Program-made: the position numbers and the translations under genes
Notes under the pieces: model-generated
Seen by the model: only the letters and a program-made list of their open reading frames with translations
Database searches by the model: none
Told to the model about the DNA's origin: nothing
Origin: Eubacteriales bacterium
Lineage (GTDB): Bacteria; Bacillota; Clostridia; Lachnospirales; Lachnospiraceae
DNA length: 64,000 nucleotides
Direction of reading: 5' to 3'
Assembly (NCBI GenBank): GCA_030526715.1
Contig: JAUNCG010000004.1
Span: 4,932-68,931, forward strand
Shown here: piece by piece, positions 19,218 to 29,015 of the stretch
Numbering within the stretch: position 1 is the first letter of the stretch
Layout of the letters: each line of letters starts with the position of its first letter

Positions 19218-21365
19218 ATGTCAATCAAGATTGCACTGGCAGGTAATCCGAACAGTGGTAAGACTACATTGTTTAATGCACTGACGGGTTCCAATCAGTT
19301 TGTCGGCAACTGGCCCGGCGTAACGGTAGAGAAAAAAGAGGGTAAGCTGAAGGGTCAGAAGGATGTGATCGTCACAGATCTTCCGGGAATCTATTCCCTT
19401 TCACCCTATACGCTCGAGGAAGTGGTAGCGAGAAATTACCTGATCAACGAGCGTCCGGACGCGATTCTGAATATCGTAGACGGAACGAATATTGAACGTA
19501 ACCTGTATCTGTCCACACAGCTCATGGAGATGGGGATTCCGGTCGTGATGGCTGTGAACATGATGGATATTGTGGAGAAGAACGGCGATCAGATCAAGCT
19601 GGAGAAGTTATCTAAGAAGCTCGGCTGTAAGGTATATCCGATTTCCGCGCTGAAGGGCAGAGGCATTCAGGAGGCGGCGAATGAAGCTGTGAAGATCGCG
19701 AAGCAGAAGCAGGCGATGACTCCGGTACATGAGTTCGCGTCAGAGGTGGAGAACATTATCTCACAGGTGGAAGATAAGATCACAGGGATTTCACAGGAGC
19801 AGAAGCGTTTCTTTGCAATCAAGCTTCTGGAGAAGGATGACAAGATTGGCGCGCAGATGCGTCAGATCCCGGATGTGACAGAGCAGATCAAGGTTCTGGA
19901 GGATCAGTTTGACGACGATACGGAGAGTATCATCACCAACGAGCGTTATACCTATATCTCCTCTATCATCGGAGAATGCGTAGTAAAGAAGAATAAGAAC
20001 AAAATGACGGTTTCCGATAAGATCGACCGTGTGGTAACGAACCGATTCGCGGCGCTGCCGATCTTTGCAGTGATCATGACCGCGGTATATTGCCTGTCCG
20101 TAGCATCCTTCGGTATCGGTACTATGGGATCAGACTGGGTAAATGATGTACTGTTCGGAGATATTGTGCCTCCGGCAATCGAAGGCTTCCTGACCAGTAT
20201 CAACTGTGCAGATTGGCTGCAGGGGCTGATTTTGGATGGTATCGTGGCCGGTGTCGGAGCGGTACTCGGTTTCCTGCCGCAGATGCTGGTGCTGTTCTTC
20301 TTCTTAGCATTTTTGGAGAGCTGCGGTTATATGGCGCGTATCGCGTTCATTATGGATCGAATCTTCCGTAAGTTCGGACTGTCCGGCAAGTCCTTCATCC
20401 CGATGCTGGTCGGCAGCGGATGCGGCGTTCCGGGCGTGATGGCTTCCAGAACGATCGAGAATGACAGAGATCGTAAAATGACGATCATGACGACAACATT
20501 TATTCCGTGCAGTGCGAAGCTTCCGATCATTGCACTGATCGCCGGCGCACTGTTCGGCGGCGCATGGTGGGTAGCACCGAGCGCATATTTTGTAGGTATT
20601 GCGGCAATCATCTGCTCAGGTATCATCCTGAAGAAGACAAAGCTGTTTGCGGGTGATCCGGCTCCTTTTGTTATGGAGCTTCCGGCATACCATATGCCGA
20701 CGCTTGGCAATATTTTGAGAAGCATGGGTGAGAGAGGCTGGTCCTTCGTGAAGAAGGCGGGCACCATCATTCTGGTATCCACGATCGTAGTATGGTTCCT
20801 GATGAGCTTTGGCTGGCTGGAGGGATCCTTCACTATGCTGGAGGCTGAGGAGCTTGACCACAGTATTCTGGCAGCTATCGGTAATGCGATCGCATGGCTC
20901 TTTGCACCGCTTGGCTGGGGCAACTGGAGAATGGCAGTAGCGGCTGTGACCGGTCTTGTGGCTAAGGAGAACGTCGTAAGTACCTTCGGTATGCTGTTTG
21001 GCTTTGCGGAAGTAGCAGAGGACGGCGAGGAGATCTGGGGACAGCTTTCCAGCAGCATTGTTCCGCTGGCAGCATACTCCTTCCTTGTATTCAACCTGCT
21101 GTGTGCTCCGTGCTTCGCAGCTATGGGTGCAATCCGTCGTGAAATGAACAGCGGCAGGTGGTTCTGGACAGCGATCGGTTATCAGTGTGTTCTGGCCTAT
21201 GTGGTATCTCTGTGTGTATTCCAGATCGGTACGCTGGTATCCGGAGGCGGAATTACCGTATGGACGATCGTAGCATTCGCATTGATCGTATGCTTCCTGT
21301 ACCTTCTGTTCCGTCCATATCAGGAGAGTAAGACCCTGAAGCTTGGCGGCAGACAGACAGCGTAA
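19218..21365 (+). CDS. feoB: ferrous iron transporter FeoB
   Basis: 715 aa. N-terminal G domain (GNPNSGKTTLFNALTG, DLPG, NMMD) plus a polytopic gate domain. Confidence 0.95.
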   Translation: MSIKIALAGNPNSGKTTLFNALTGSNQFVGNWPGVTVEKKEGKLKGQKDVIVTDLPGIYSLSPYTLEEVVARNYLINERPDAILNIVDGTNIERNLYLSTQLMEMGIPVVMAVNMMDIVEKNGDQIKLEKLSKKLGCKVYPISALKGRGIQEAANEAVKIAKQKQAMTPVHEFASEVENIISQVEDKITGISQEQKRFFAIKLLEKDDKIGAQMRQIPDVTEQIKVLEDQFDDDTESIITNERYTYISSIIGECVVKKNKNKMTVSDKIDRVVTNRFAALPIFAVIMTAVYCLSVASFGIGTMGSDWVNDVLFGDIVPPAIEGFLTSINCADWLQGLILDGIVAGVGAVLGFLPQMLVLFFFLAFLESCGYMARIAFIMDRIFRKFGLSGKSFIPMLVGSGCGVPGVMASRTIENDRDRKMTIMTTTFIPCSAKLPIIALIAGALFGGAWWVAPSAYFVGIAAIICSGIILKKTKLFAGDPAPFVMELPAYHMPTLGNILRSMGERGWSFVKKAGTIILVSTIVVWFLMSFGWLEGSFTMLEAEELDHSILAAIGNAIAWLFAPLGWGNWRMAVAAVTGLVAKENVVSTFGMLFGFAEVAEDGEEIWGQLSSSIVPLAAYSFLVFNLLCAPCFAAMGAIRREMNSGRWFWTAIGYQCVLAYVVSLCVFQIGTLVSGGGITVWTIVAFALIVCFLYLLFRPYQESKTLKLGGRQTA

Positions 21366-21446
21366 TGACAGAATGTTAAAGAAACGGATATTTGACAGAA
21401 AAAATCATATCCTGTAAGATGTAGAATAAAAGAAAGGATGGTGTCT

Positions 21447-21584
21447 ATGGGAACCGTAATCGTTGGAGCAGTGGTGGCCGGTGTGGTAGCGCTGGCGATC
21501 CGCAGAATGGTCATTGATAAGAAGAATGGAAAATCGATCCAGTGTGGCGGCGACTGCAAGCATTGCGGAGGGCACTGTCACTAA
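21447..21584 (+). CDS. FeoB-associated Cys-rich small membrane protein
   Basis: 45-aa ORF below the ORF-track cutoff: MGTVIVGAVVAGVVALAIRRMVIDKKNGKSIQCGGDCKHCGGHCH. One TM helix plus a C-terminal Cys/His cluster. An alternative ATG lies at 21438. Confidence 0.7.
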   Translation: MGTVIVGAVVAGVVALAIRRMVIDKKNGKSIQCGGDCKHCGGHCH

Positions 21585-21603
21585 AAGAATAGAATAACTG
21601 ATG

Positions 21604-21642
21604 AAACCTCCGGCGCTGTTCGCAATGCCGGAGGTTTTATTT
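21604..21642 (+). terminator. Rho-independent terminator of the feo operon
   Basis: AAACCTCCGGC / GCCGGAGGTTT stem followed by TTATTT. Confidence 0.75.
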
Positions 21643-21655
21643 AAAGGGCAGTCCG

Positions 21656-21663
21656 CATACACT
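21656..21663 (+). promoter_or_regulatory. possible sigma-E-type -10 element upstream of spoIIID
   Basis: CATACACT matches the Bacillus sigma-E -10 consensus CATACAnT and lies 28 nt before the TTG start. The -35 match is weak. Confidence 0.25.
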
Positions 21664-21691
21664 GTAAAAAAGTGTTTGGGGGCTTTCTTTT

Positions 21692-21943
21692 TTGAGAGAG
21701 TATATAGAAGAACGTGCATTGGCGATTGCGGAATATATGATCGAGCACCGAGCCACGGTGCGACTGACGGCGCAGAAATTCGGCGTCAGCAAGTCCACCG
21801 TACATAAGGATATCGTAGAGAGATTGCCGCAGATCAATCGGATGCTGGCAAAATGTGCGAGAGAGGTGCTGGATATTAACAAATCGGAACGCCATATCAG
21901 GGGCGGTCTTGCCACCAAGGAAAAGTATCTTCATCAAAAATGA
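21692..21943 (+). CDS. spoIIID: sporulation transcriptional regulator SpoIIID
   Basis: 83 aa. FGVSKSTVHKDIVERLPQIN and RHIRGGLATKEKY closely match B. subtilis SpoIIID. TTG start. Confidence 0.9.
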   Translation: MREYIEERALAIAEYMIEHRATVRLTAQKFGVSKSTVHKDIVERLPQINRMLAKCAREVLDINKSERHIRGGLATKEKYLHQK

Positions 21944-22015
21944 GATATGTTCTGTACTTTACTTTGTTAAAATGGTATAATGATTGCATTCTATTCACAA
22001 AAGAAAGGTATGAGT

Positions 22016-23410
22016 ATGCTAAAAACAATCGAGACAATCAATGCAGCTGTTAACAACTTTATCTGGGGCGTACCTGCAATGATCTGCATCATCGGGGTGG
22101 GACTATATTTGAGCATCCGCACGAATTTCCTGCAGATCCGCAAGTTTCCGTATGCGATCAAGACAACCCTCGGAAGAATGTTCAAAAAGAAAGAGGCTTC
22201 AGACGGAGCGATCACACCGTTTCAGGCGGTCTGTACGGCGCTTGCCGCGACGGTGGGCACCGGAAATATTGCAGGCGTTGCTGGAGCAGTGGCGATCGGC
22301 GGTCCCGGTGCAGTATTCTGGATGTGGATTTCTGCATTGCTCGGTATGTGTACAAAGTTTGCGGAGGTAACGCTTGCGGTACACTTCCGTGAGAAGAATA
22401 AGCATGGTGACTACGTGGGCGGTCCGATGTACTATATTAAGAACGGACTTGGCAGGAACTGGCAGTGGCTGGCTGTGCTGTATTCCATTTTTGGCGTACT
22501 GGCCGTATTTGGCACAGGAAATGCAACGCAGGCGAATACGATTATGACTGCGGTAGATTCCGCATTGATCAACTACGGATTGCTGACCGAATCCTCCATG
22601 TCACTCTTCAACGTGGTTCTGGGTGTGATACTTACAGCTCTGGTGGGACTGGTGCTGCTGGGCGGTATCAAGCGCATCGGTAACGTGACAGAGAAGCTGG
22701 TGCCGTTCATGGCGGTTCTCTATATTATTCTTGCGATCGGTGTGTTGATCGTGAATGCCGGACGGATCCCGGGAGCATTTTATGATATTTTCTACGGAGC
22801 GTTCAAGCCTTCGGCAGTTACCGGCGGTTTCATCGGAAGCTTCTTCATGAGTATGAAAAAGGGTGTGTCCCGCGGTATTTTCTCCAATGAGGCAGGTCTC
22901 GGTACCGGTTCTATCGCCCATGCGTGCGCAGATACGAGAAAGCCGGTAAAGCAGGGATTTTTCGGTATCTTTGAAGTATTTACGGATACCATCGTGATCT
23001 GTACACTGACTGCGCTGGTCATTCTGTGCAGCGGCGCGTCCATCACCTTTGGTGAGGCAGCAGGTGCGGAGCTTACGATTTCCGGGTTTACCGTGACCTA
23101 CGGTAACTGGGTATCCATTTTCACGGCGGTAGCTATGTGCTGCTTCGCATTTTCTACGATCCTTGGCTGGGGACTCTACGGAGCGCGCTGTGCGGAGTTC
23201 ATTTTTTCGGAAAAGATCGTGAAGCCGTTCATGGTGGTATATTCCCTAATGGCTCTGGTAGGCACGACGACGGATCTTGGATTGATCTGGGGGATCTCGG
23301 ATACCTTTAACGGACTGATGGCGATCCCGAACCTGATCGCGCTGTTCCTGCTGTCCGGTGTGGTAGTGAAGATGATGAAGGAGTACTTTGCGACAGAGCA
23401 CGCAGAGTGA
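22016..23410 (+). CDS. agcS: alanine/glycine:cation symporter (AGCS family)
   Basis: AGCS motifs: ITPFQAVCTALAATVGTGNIAGVA and GIFSNEAGLGTGSIAHA. The start is 22016 or 22010. An extended -10 TGgTATAAT lies at 21973-21981. Confidence 0.85.
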   Translation: MLKTIETINAAVNNFIWGVPAMICIIGVGLYLSIRTNFLQIRKFPYAIKTTLGRMFKKKEASDGAITPFQAVCTALAATVGTGNIAGVAGAVAIGGPGAVFWMWISALLGMCTKFAEVTLAVHFREKNKHGDYVGGPMYYIKNGLGRNWQWLAVLYSIFGVLAVFGTGNATQANTIMTAVDSALINYGLLTESSMSLFNVVLGVILTALVGLVLLGGIKRIGNVTEKLVPFMAVLYIILAIGVLIVNAGRIPGAFYDIFYGAFKPSAVTGGFIGSFFMSMKKGVSRGIFSNEAGLGTGSIAHACADTRKPVKQGFFGIFEVFTDTIVICTLTALVILCSGASITFGEAAGAELTISGFTVTYGNWVSIFTAVAMCCFAFSTILGWGLYGARCAEFIFSEKIVKPFMVVYSLMALVGTTTDLGLIWGISDTFNGLMAIPNLIALFLLSGVVVKMMKEYFATEHAE

Positions 23411-23473
23411 TTCGTATACATAAAATAGCTTGGATGAAATGTTTCTGAACACTGCTCAGACAGAGGAGCTGTT

Positions 23474-25030
23474 ATGAAACAGGGAGGAGTACAGATGATT
23501 AGAGTTGAAAGATACAGAGGACACATCAGAAATTGGGAAGCGCTCTGTAAAGAGCTTGGGGTACCGGCAGATCTTTCCAGAGAAGCGCGGGAGGAGCAGC
23601 TTCTGGTGAAGGCGTATGAGACATGGGGACATGAGATGGCAGAGCATATGCACGGTATGTTTGCGTTTGCTCTGTGGGATGAGGAAAAAGAAGAGCTCTT
23701 CTGCCTGCGCGATCCCTTTGGTACGAAGCCGTTTTATTATTATGTGACGGAGAGTGGACAGCTCCTTTACGGAACCCTGATTGCAGAGATCCTCGATCAG
23801 CCGGGATTTGAGAAGAGGCTGAATGAGAAGATGCTTCAGATCTATCTGAGCCTGACGTATGTGGCCGGTGAGGAGACGTTTTTCGAAGGTGTAAAGAAGC
23901 TCATGCCGGGACATTATCTGGTATGGAAAAACGGGGAGCTGAGGATCACAAGATACTGGGCGCCGCAGTTTTGTGCAGATGAAGAAAAGTCTTTGGAAGA
24001 ATGGGCGGATGAGATCCACAGCACACTGCAGAACATTATGCCGGAGGTGAAGGCGAAGGACGAGACCGCAGAGTCCTTCCTGTCCGGTGGTGTAGATTCT
24101 TCTTATGTGCTTGCCATGTCGGATGTAGAGATGTCTGATTCCTGCGGATACGAGGAGGCGCGCTTTGACGAGTCCGGGCTGGCGGCTGAGACCGCAAGAC
24201 TGCTGCATCGTCAGAATAGCCGATGCCTGATCACTCCGGAGCAGTATTTTGAGATCGTCCCGTGGGTTATGAAGCATATGGAGCAGCCGTTGGGAGATGC
24301 TTCCGCGATTGCCTTTGCTATCGCATGCCGTGCGACTGCCCAGCATACGAAGCTTTGTTACTCGGGAGAGGGAGCAGACGAGTTCTTCGGCGGTTATAAT
24401 ATGTATCGCAATGCGGAGCGCTACGGCGAGAACCTGAAGACCTTCTATGTGGGGAACACCAATATCATGAAGGAGGATGAGAAAAAACGGATCCTCAAAA
24501 GCTATGATGAGCATGTGCTTCCCATACATCTGGTCAAGGATCTCTATGAGGAGATGGAAGGTCTGGATCCGCTTACCAAGATGTCAAATGTGGATATTCA
24601 GATCTGGCTCGAGGGAGATATCTATCTGAATGTAGATAAGATGAGTACGGCTGCCGGTCTGGAGATCCGTATGCCATTGACGGATCGCAGGATTTTTGAC
24701 ATTGCATCCCGCATGCCGGCGAGATATAAGGTTAATGAAGAACAGAACAAGGTGGCTTTTCGCACGGCGGCTGCGAAGGTACTTCCGGAAGAGATCGCAT
24801 TCCGCAAAAAGCTCGGCTTCATCGTGCCGATCCGTATATGGATGGCGGATGAACGCTACAATCAGGATGTGCAGGCGAAGTTCCACAGCGAGATCGCAGA
24901 GAAATTCTTCCATATGGAGGAAATACAGGCGATTTTTGACGAATATGTGGGAGGCAATTCCGACAACTGGAGGAAGGTCTGGACGATCTATACCTTCTTA
25001 GTATGGTATGAAGAATATTTTGTAAAATAA
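23474..25030 (+). CDS. asparagine synthase-like protein lacking the N-terminal glutaminase nucleophile
   Basis: PP-loop SGGVDSS (24083-24103), with AsnB-like segments GMFAFALWD and RDPFGTKPFYY. There is no MCG N-terminus. Confidence 0.75.
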   Translation: MKQGGVQMIRVERYRGHIRNWEALCKELGVPADLSREAREEQLLVKAYETWGHEMAEHMHGMFAFALWDEEKEELFCLRDPFGTKPFYYYVTESGQLLYGTLIAEILDQPGFEKRLNEKMLQIYLSLTYVAGEETFFEGVKKLMPGHYLVWKNGELRITRYWAPQFCADEEKSLEEWADEIHSTLQNIMPEVKAKDETAESFLSGGVDSSYVLAMSDVEMSDSCGYEEARFDESGLAAETARLLHRQNSRCLITPEQYFEIVPWVMKHMEQPLGDASAIAFAIACRATAQHTKLCYSGEGADEFFGGYNMYRNAERYGENLKTFYVGNTNIMKEDEKKRILKSYDEHVLPIHLVKDLYEEMEGLDPLTKMSNVDIQIWLEGDIYLNVDKMSTAAGLEIRMPLTDRRIFDIASRMPARYKVNEEQNKVAFRTAAAKVLPEEIAFRKKLGFIVPIRIWMADERYNQDVQAKFHSEIAEKFFHMEEIQAIFDEYVGGNSDNWRKVWTIYTFLVWYEEYFVK

Positions 25031-25035
25031 GAACA

Positions 25036-25079
25036 AACAGGGGATTTTCTCAGATGGCATGATGAGAAAATCCCCTGTT
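25036..25079. terminator. bidirectional hairpin terminator between convergent genes
   Basis: Perfect 17-bp stem AACAGGGGATTTTCTCA / TGAGAAAATCCCCTGTT with a 10-nt loop. Confidence 0.7.
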
Positions 25080-25120
25080 ATGTATGCTTGAAAATAAGTG
25101 ACCTGTGATTAAAATGCGGA

Positions 25121-26470
25121 TTATGTTTCGCTTTTCTCCGTTTGCGTAATCAGCTTCCCGGTATAGTGCAGGTAAGCGGGTATCAGAAACAGATTGGCGG
25201 CGATCCAAGCCAGAGGACTGGCGGCGCAGACGCCGGCAAATCCGAAGAGCGGTACCAGAATAATTCCGGTGACGGTGCGGGCCAGCATCTCCATGGCTCC
25301 GGCCAAAACTGCGATCTGGCTGTAGCCCATACCCTGAATACAGAAGCGATAGACATTCACGCCGGTGAGTAATACATAGAACAGACTCACGCAGATCAGG
25401 AAGGTCCATGCATGCCCGATGATCTCTGTGTTGGATGCATCGACAAACAAAGTGAGCAATAGCTTGCCGGCAAAGAAGAATAACACCAGTGCGATCACGG
25501 AGTAAATAGCTCCCAGCATCATGCAAGCATTGACACCCTGACGGACACGGCGGGGCTTGCCGGCGCCGATGTTCTGCCCGCTGTAAGTGGCGATGGCGGT
25601 TCCGAGCGCATCAAAGGGACAGCAGAAGATAAGACTGAGCTTACTGCCTGCGGTGACGGCTGCAACATAAAGCGTGCCGAGGCTGTTTACAGCAGTCTGT
25701 AAAATGATACTTCCGATGGCGGTTACAGAATACTGCAGTCCCATGGGAATCCCCATCATACAGAGCTTTGAAGCATAGCGGGAACGCAGCCTCCACTGTT
25801 CGCCGGAAGGCTGCAGGATCGGAAATTTTTTCTTTAAATACAGCAGACATAAGACTCCGGAGACGGTCTGGGAGGTGACCGTAGCCACGGCGGCACCGGA
25901 GACCCCCATATGTACCACGGTAATCAGGAGAATATCCAGCAGGATATTCAATCCGGAAGCCAGCCCGAGAAAGAGAACCGGGGTCTTACTGTCGCCGACA
26001 CTTCGGATCATGCAGGAAAGCATGTTGTAGAGAAAGGTGGCGGGAATACCGGCAAAGATAATAACGATATAACTGTGGGCGGCGTCAAGGATCTCCTGCG
26101 GGGTATTCATCACTCGCAGAATAGACTTACATAAAATAACCGTCAGTATGGTCAGCACCACTGCAAAAACCAGACAGAGCCAGAAGGAATTGCCGATAAA
26201 GCGCTTCAGCTCTGACTCGTTTCTGGCGCCGAAGGACTGAGACATGGGAATCGTAAACCCGGCACAGATGCCACTGCAGAAGCCGATGACCATAAAATTC
26301 AGGGAGCCGGTGGAACCGACAGCGGCGAGCGCGTTTGCGCCAAGCGTTTTTCCCACGATCATGGTGTCCACCAGATTATAAAATTGCTGAAAGAGCATGG
26401 CGAGAAGAATGGGGAAAGAAAATTGCAGAATGAGCTTCAGTGGGTTTCCGGTCGTAAGATCTTTTGTCAT
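25121..26470 (-). CDS. MATE-family efflux transporter (paralog)
   Basis: Starts MTKDLTTGNPLKLILQFSFPILLAMLFQQFYN, with a 12-TM profile. Confidence 0.85.
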   Translation of the reverse strand: MTKDLTTGNPLKLILQFSFPILLAMLFQQFYNLVDTMIVGKTLGANALAAVGSTGSLNFMVIGFCSGICAGFTIPMSQSFGARNESELKRFIGNSFWLCLVFAVVLTILTVILCKSILRVMNTPQEILDAAHSYIVIIFAGIPATFLYNMLSCMIRSVGDSKTPVLFLGLASGLNILLDILLITVVHMGVSGAAVATVTSQTVSGVLCLLYLKKKFPILQPSGEQWRLRSRYASKLCMMGIPMGLQYSVTAIGSIILQTAVNSLGTLYVAAVTAGSKLSLIFCCPFDALGTAIATYSGQNIGAGKPRRVRQGVNACMMLGAIYSVIALVLFFFAGKLLLTLFVDASNTEIIGHAWTFLICVSLFYVLLTGVNVYRFCIQGMGYSQIAVLAGAMEMLARTVTGIILVPLFGFAGVCAASPLAWIAANLFLIPAYLHYTGKLITQTEKSET

Positions 26471-26654
26471 GGCAGTAATCCTTTCTATATAATAAAAATA
26501 CACAGGTGATGACATGGAATGCGCTCCAATGTCCTCACAGATTAAGGCTGTTTTCGGAAAATGTCAAGAGATTTTCCAAAGAAAAAACAGAGGAAATTCT
26601 CAGGATAAATGGAACAGGTGCCGGAGGAACCTCAACGTTGACGGCAGTGTGAGA

Positions 26655-26683
26655 TTGACGAACGGAGATGGACATAGTATGAT
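26655..26683 (+). promoter_or_regulatory. sigma-A-type promoter for patB
   Basis: TTGACG, 17-nt spacer, TATGAT. Confidence 0.45.
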
Positions 26684-26751
26684 GTGAGGGAGATGTCGGG
26701 CAAAGAGGAATTGCCGGTAAAGTATCGGAATATACAGAGAGGAAGAACCAT

Positions 26752-27954
26752 ATGAAATATGATTTTACATCGGTCATTGACCGCACGGGCAGAGATGCTC
26801 TGGCCATAGATGCGCTTGGCAGCGGCGGTGCGGCACCCGAGCTGCCGGAAGAGGGGTTTGACGTGATCCCCATGTGGGTAGCAGACATGAATTTTCAGAC
26901 CGTGCCTGCGATACCGCGAGCCATGGCAGAGCGGGCCTCCCATGCGCTGTACGGATATTTTCATCCGACGAAGGAGTATTTTGACAGTATTCTGCGGTGG
27001 CAGGAGCACAGAAACGGCGTGACAGATCTGGAGACACGACATATCGGATATGAGAATGGTGTGCTGGGCGGCGTGGTTACCGCGATGAATGTCATCTGCT
27101 CCAGAGGCGATAAGGTGCTGCTCCATTCCCCGACGTATATCGGTTTTACGGGCAGTCTGAGAAACAACGGTTATGAGATCGTACACAGTCCCCTGTATCT
27201 GGATGAGAATGGGATCTGGCGCATGGATTTTGAAGATATGGAGAAACGGATCGTGGAGGAGAAAATCCACGCGGCGATTTTTTGTTCTCCGCACAATCCC
27301 TGCGGACGAGTCTGGGAACGCTGGGAGATCGAGCGGGCCATGGAGATTTACCGAAGGCATGATGTCTACGTGATCTCTGATGAGATCTGGTCGGATCTGA
27401 CGCTCGGGGGACATCGGCATATCCCGACACAGTCTGTATCGGAGGATGCGAGACAGAGGACGATAGCGCTGTATGCGCCATCCAAGACCTTTAACCTTGC
27501 GGGGCTGGTGGGAAGCTACCATATCATATATAATGACTGGCTGAGAGAGCGTGTGGAGAAAGAGGCTTCTCTGAGCCATTATAACAGCATGAACGTGATG
27601 TCTATGCATGCTCTGACGGCGGCATATTCGCCGGAGGGCGAGGAGTGGCTCAAAGAGCTTCGGGAGGTGCTGACGGAGAATGTGAGGTATGCCTGTGAGT
27701 TTATCCGCACACATTTTGAGGGGATAAAGGTCGCGCAGCCGGAGGGTACCTATATGCTGTTTCTGGACTGTGAGGAATGGTGCGTGAAGCATCAGAGGAC
27801 GATGGATGAGCTGTTGAAGGCTGGATGGAATGTGGGCGTTGCGTGGCAGGATGGACGTGCCTTCCATGGCAGATATCATATCCGCGTGAATCTGGCGCTG
27901 CCGAAGAGCCGGGTAGAGGAAGCTTTTTTGCGACTGGAAAGATATGTGATGTGA
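26752..27954 (+). CDS. patB: MalY/PatB-family PLP-dependent C-S lyase (cystathionine beta-lyase type)
   Basis: 400 aa. MKYDFTSVIDRTGRDALAID N-terminus, plus the SPHNPCGRVW and APSKTFNLAG (PLP lysine) motifs. Confidence 0.85.
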   Translation: MKYDFTSVIDRTGRDALAIDALGSGGAAPELPEEGFDVIPMWVADMNFQTVPAIPRAMAERASHALYGYFHPTKEYFDSILRWQEHRNGVTDLETRHIGYENGVLGGVVTAMNVICSRGDKVLLHSPTYIGFTGSLRNNGYEIVHSPLYLDENGIWRMDFEDMEKRIVEEKIHAAIFCSPHNPCGRVWERWEIERAMEIYRRHDVYVISDEIWSDLTLGGHRHIPTQSVSEDARQRTIALYAPSKTFNLAGLVGSYHIIYNDWLRERVEKEASLSHYNSMNVMSMHALTAAYSPEGEEWLKELREVLTENVRYACEFIRTHFEGIKVAQPEGTYMLFLDCEEWCVKHQRTMDELLKAGWNVGVAWQDGRAFHGRYHIRVNLALPKSRVEEAFLRLERYVM

Positions 27955-27974
27955 CCTGCAAGGAGGTAGGAGAT

Positions 27975-28151
27975 ATGGCAAATCAGTGTGAGTACTGTGC
28001 GTATTTTACGTATGATGACGAGGATGAGGAGTACTTCTGCGAGGTGAATCTGGACGAAGACGAGCTATACCGCTTCCTGTCCGGAAGCAGAGAGGCCTGT
28101 CCTTATTACCGCAACGGTGACGAGTATGCGGTGGTACGGCATCAATTGTAG
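27975..28151 (+). CDS. small acidic Cys-containing protein (DUF6472-like, recollection only)
   Basis: 58 aa: MANQCEYCAYFTYDDEDEEYFCEVNLDEDELYRFLSGSREACPYY. Four Cys residues. AGGAGG RBS at 27961-27966. Confidence 0.5.
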   Translation: MANQCEYCAYFTYDDEDEEYFCEVNLDEDELYRFLSGSREACPYYRNGDEYAVVRHQL

Positions 28152-28247
28152 TTAGATGAACCGAATCAAGTAAGTTCCCCGCTTCAAATGCAAAGAGCAT
28201 TAAGCGGTGGGGGACTTCTGGAAGGAATACCGAGGGAGGAAGAGAGT

Positions 28248-28868
28248 ATGGGAGATGTATTAGTAATCGGAATTGCCGGGGGGACCGGCAGCGGAAAGAC
28301 GACGCTGACCAATCAGATCGCAGCGCAGCTCAAAGAAAATGTGACGGTGGTGAAGCATGACAACTACTATAAAGCACATGATGATATGACCTATGAGGAG
28401 CGTGTGACGCTGAATTATGACCATCCGAATGCCTTTGACACAGATCTGCTGATTGAGCATCTGGGCAGATTGAAGTCAGGAGAGGCTGTGGAATGTCCGG
28501 TTTATGATTTTAAAGTACATAATCGCAGCAAGAACACGATCACGATCGTACCGGGACGAGTGGTGATTGTGGAAGGTATTCTGATCTTTGAAAATCCAGA
28601 GCTCTGCGACATGATGGATATCCGCATTTTCGTGGATGCGGATGCGGATCTTCGCATTATCCGCAGAATCCAGCGCGATGTTATGGAGCGCGCCCGCAGT
28701 CTGGATTCGGTGATCAGTCAGTATCTGAACACGGTCAAGCCTATGCACGAGCAGTTTGTGGAGCCCAGCAAGAAAAACGCAAATATTATCGTGCCGGAGG
28801 GTGGTCATAATCATGTGGCGATGGAGATGATCCGCAACCATATTCAGAGCTATCTGAACGAGCAGTAA
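28248..28868 (+). CDS. udk: uridine kinase
   Basis: VIGIAGGTGSGKTT P-loop, with NYDHPNAFD and VIVEGIL motifs. Confidence 0.9.
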   Translation: MGDVLVIGIAGGTGSGKTTLTNQIAAQLKENVTVVKHDNYYKAHDDMTYEERVTLNYDHPNAFDTDLLIEHLGRLKSGEAVECPVYDFKVHNRSKNTITIVPGRVVIVEGILIFENPELCDMMDIRIFVDADADLRIIRRIQRDVMERARSLDSVISQYLNTVKPMHEQFVEPSKKNANIIVPEGGHNHVAMEMIRNHIQSYLNEQ

Positions 28869-29015
28869 AAGCTGTCAAATGAAAAATACAAATAACACAC
28901 GCGAAAAAATATTAGAAAATCCTAAAAGAAAGACTTCAAAAATGGCAGAAGATTTGTTAGAATAGGAAAAGAAATTCAATATGCCGCTTCGGCGGTCAAA
29001 TAGGGAGGAATTCAA

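Noticed and set aside
26516-26751. Possible S-box (SAM) or T-box leader ahead of the patB C-S lyase gene in a 236-bp intergenic region.
   Set aside because: I found no S-box core, no T-box GGTGGTACCGCG-like sequence, and no specifier-loop architecture. A good sigma-A promoter (26655-26683) leaves only a leader of ~60 nt. The remainder most plausibly serves the divergent MATE gene.
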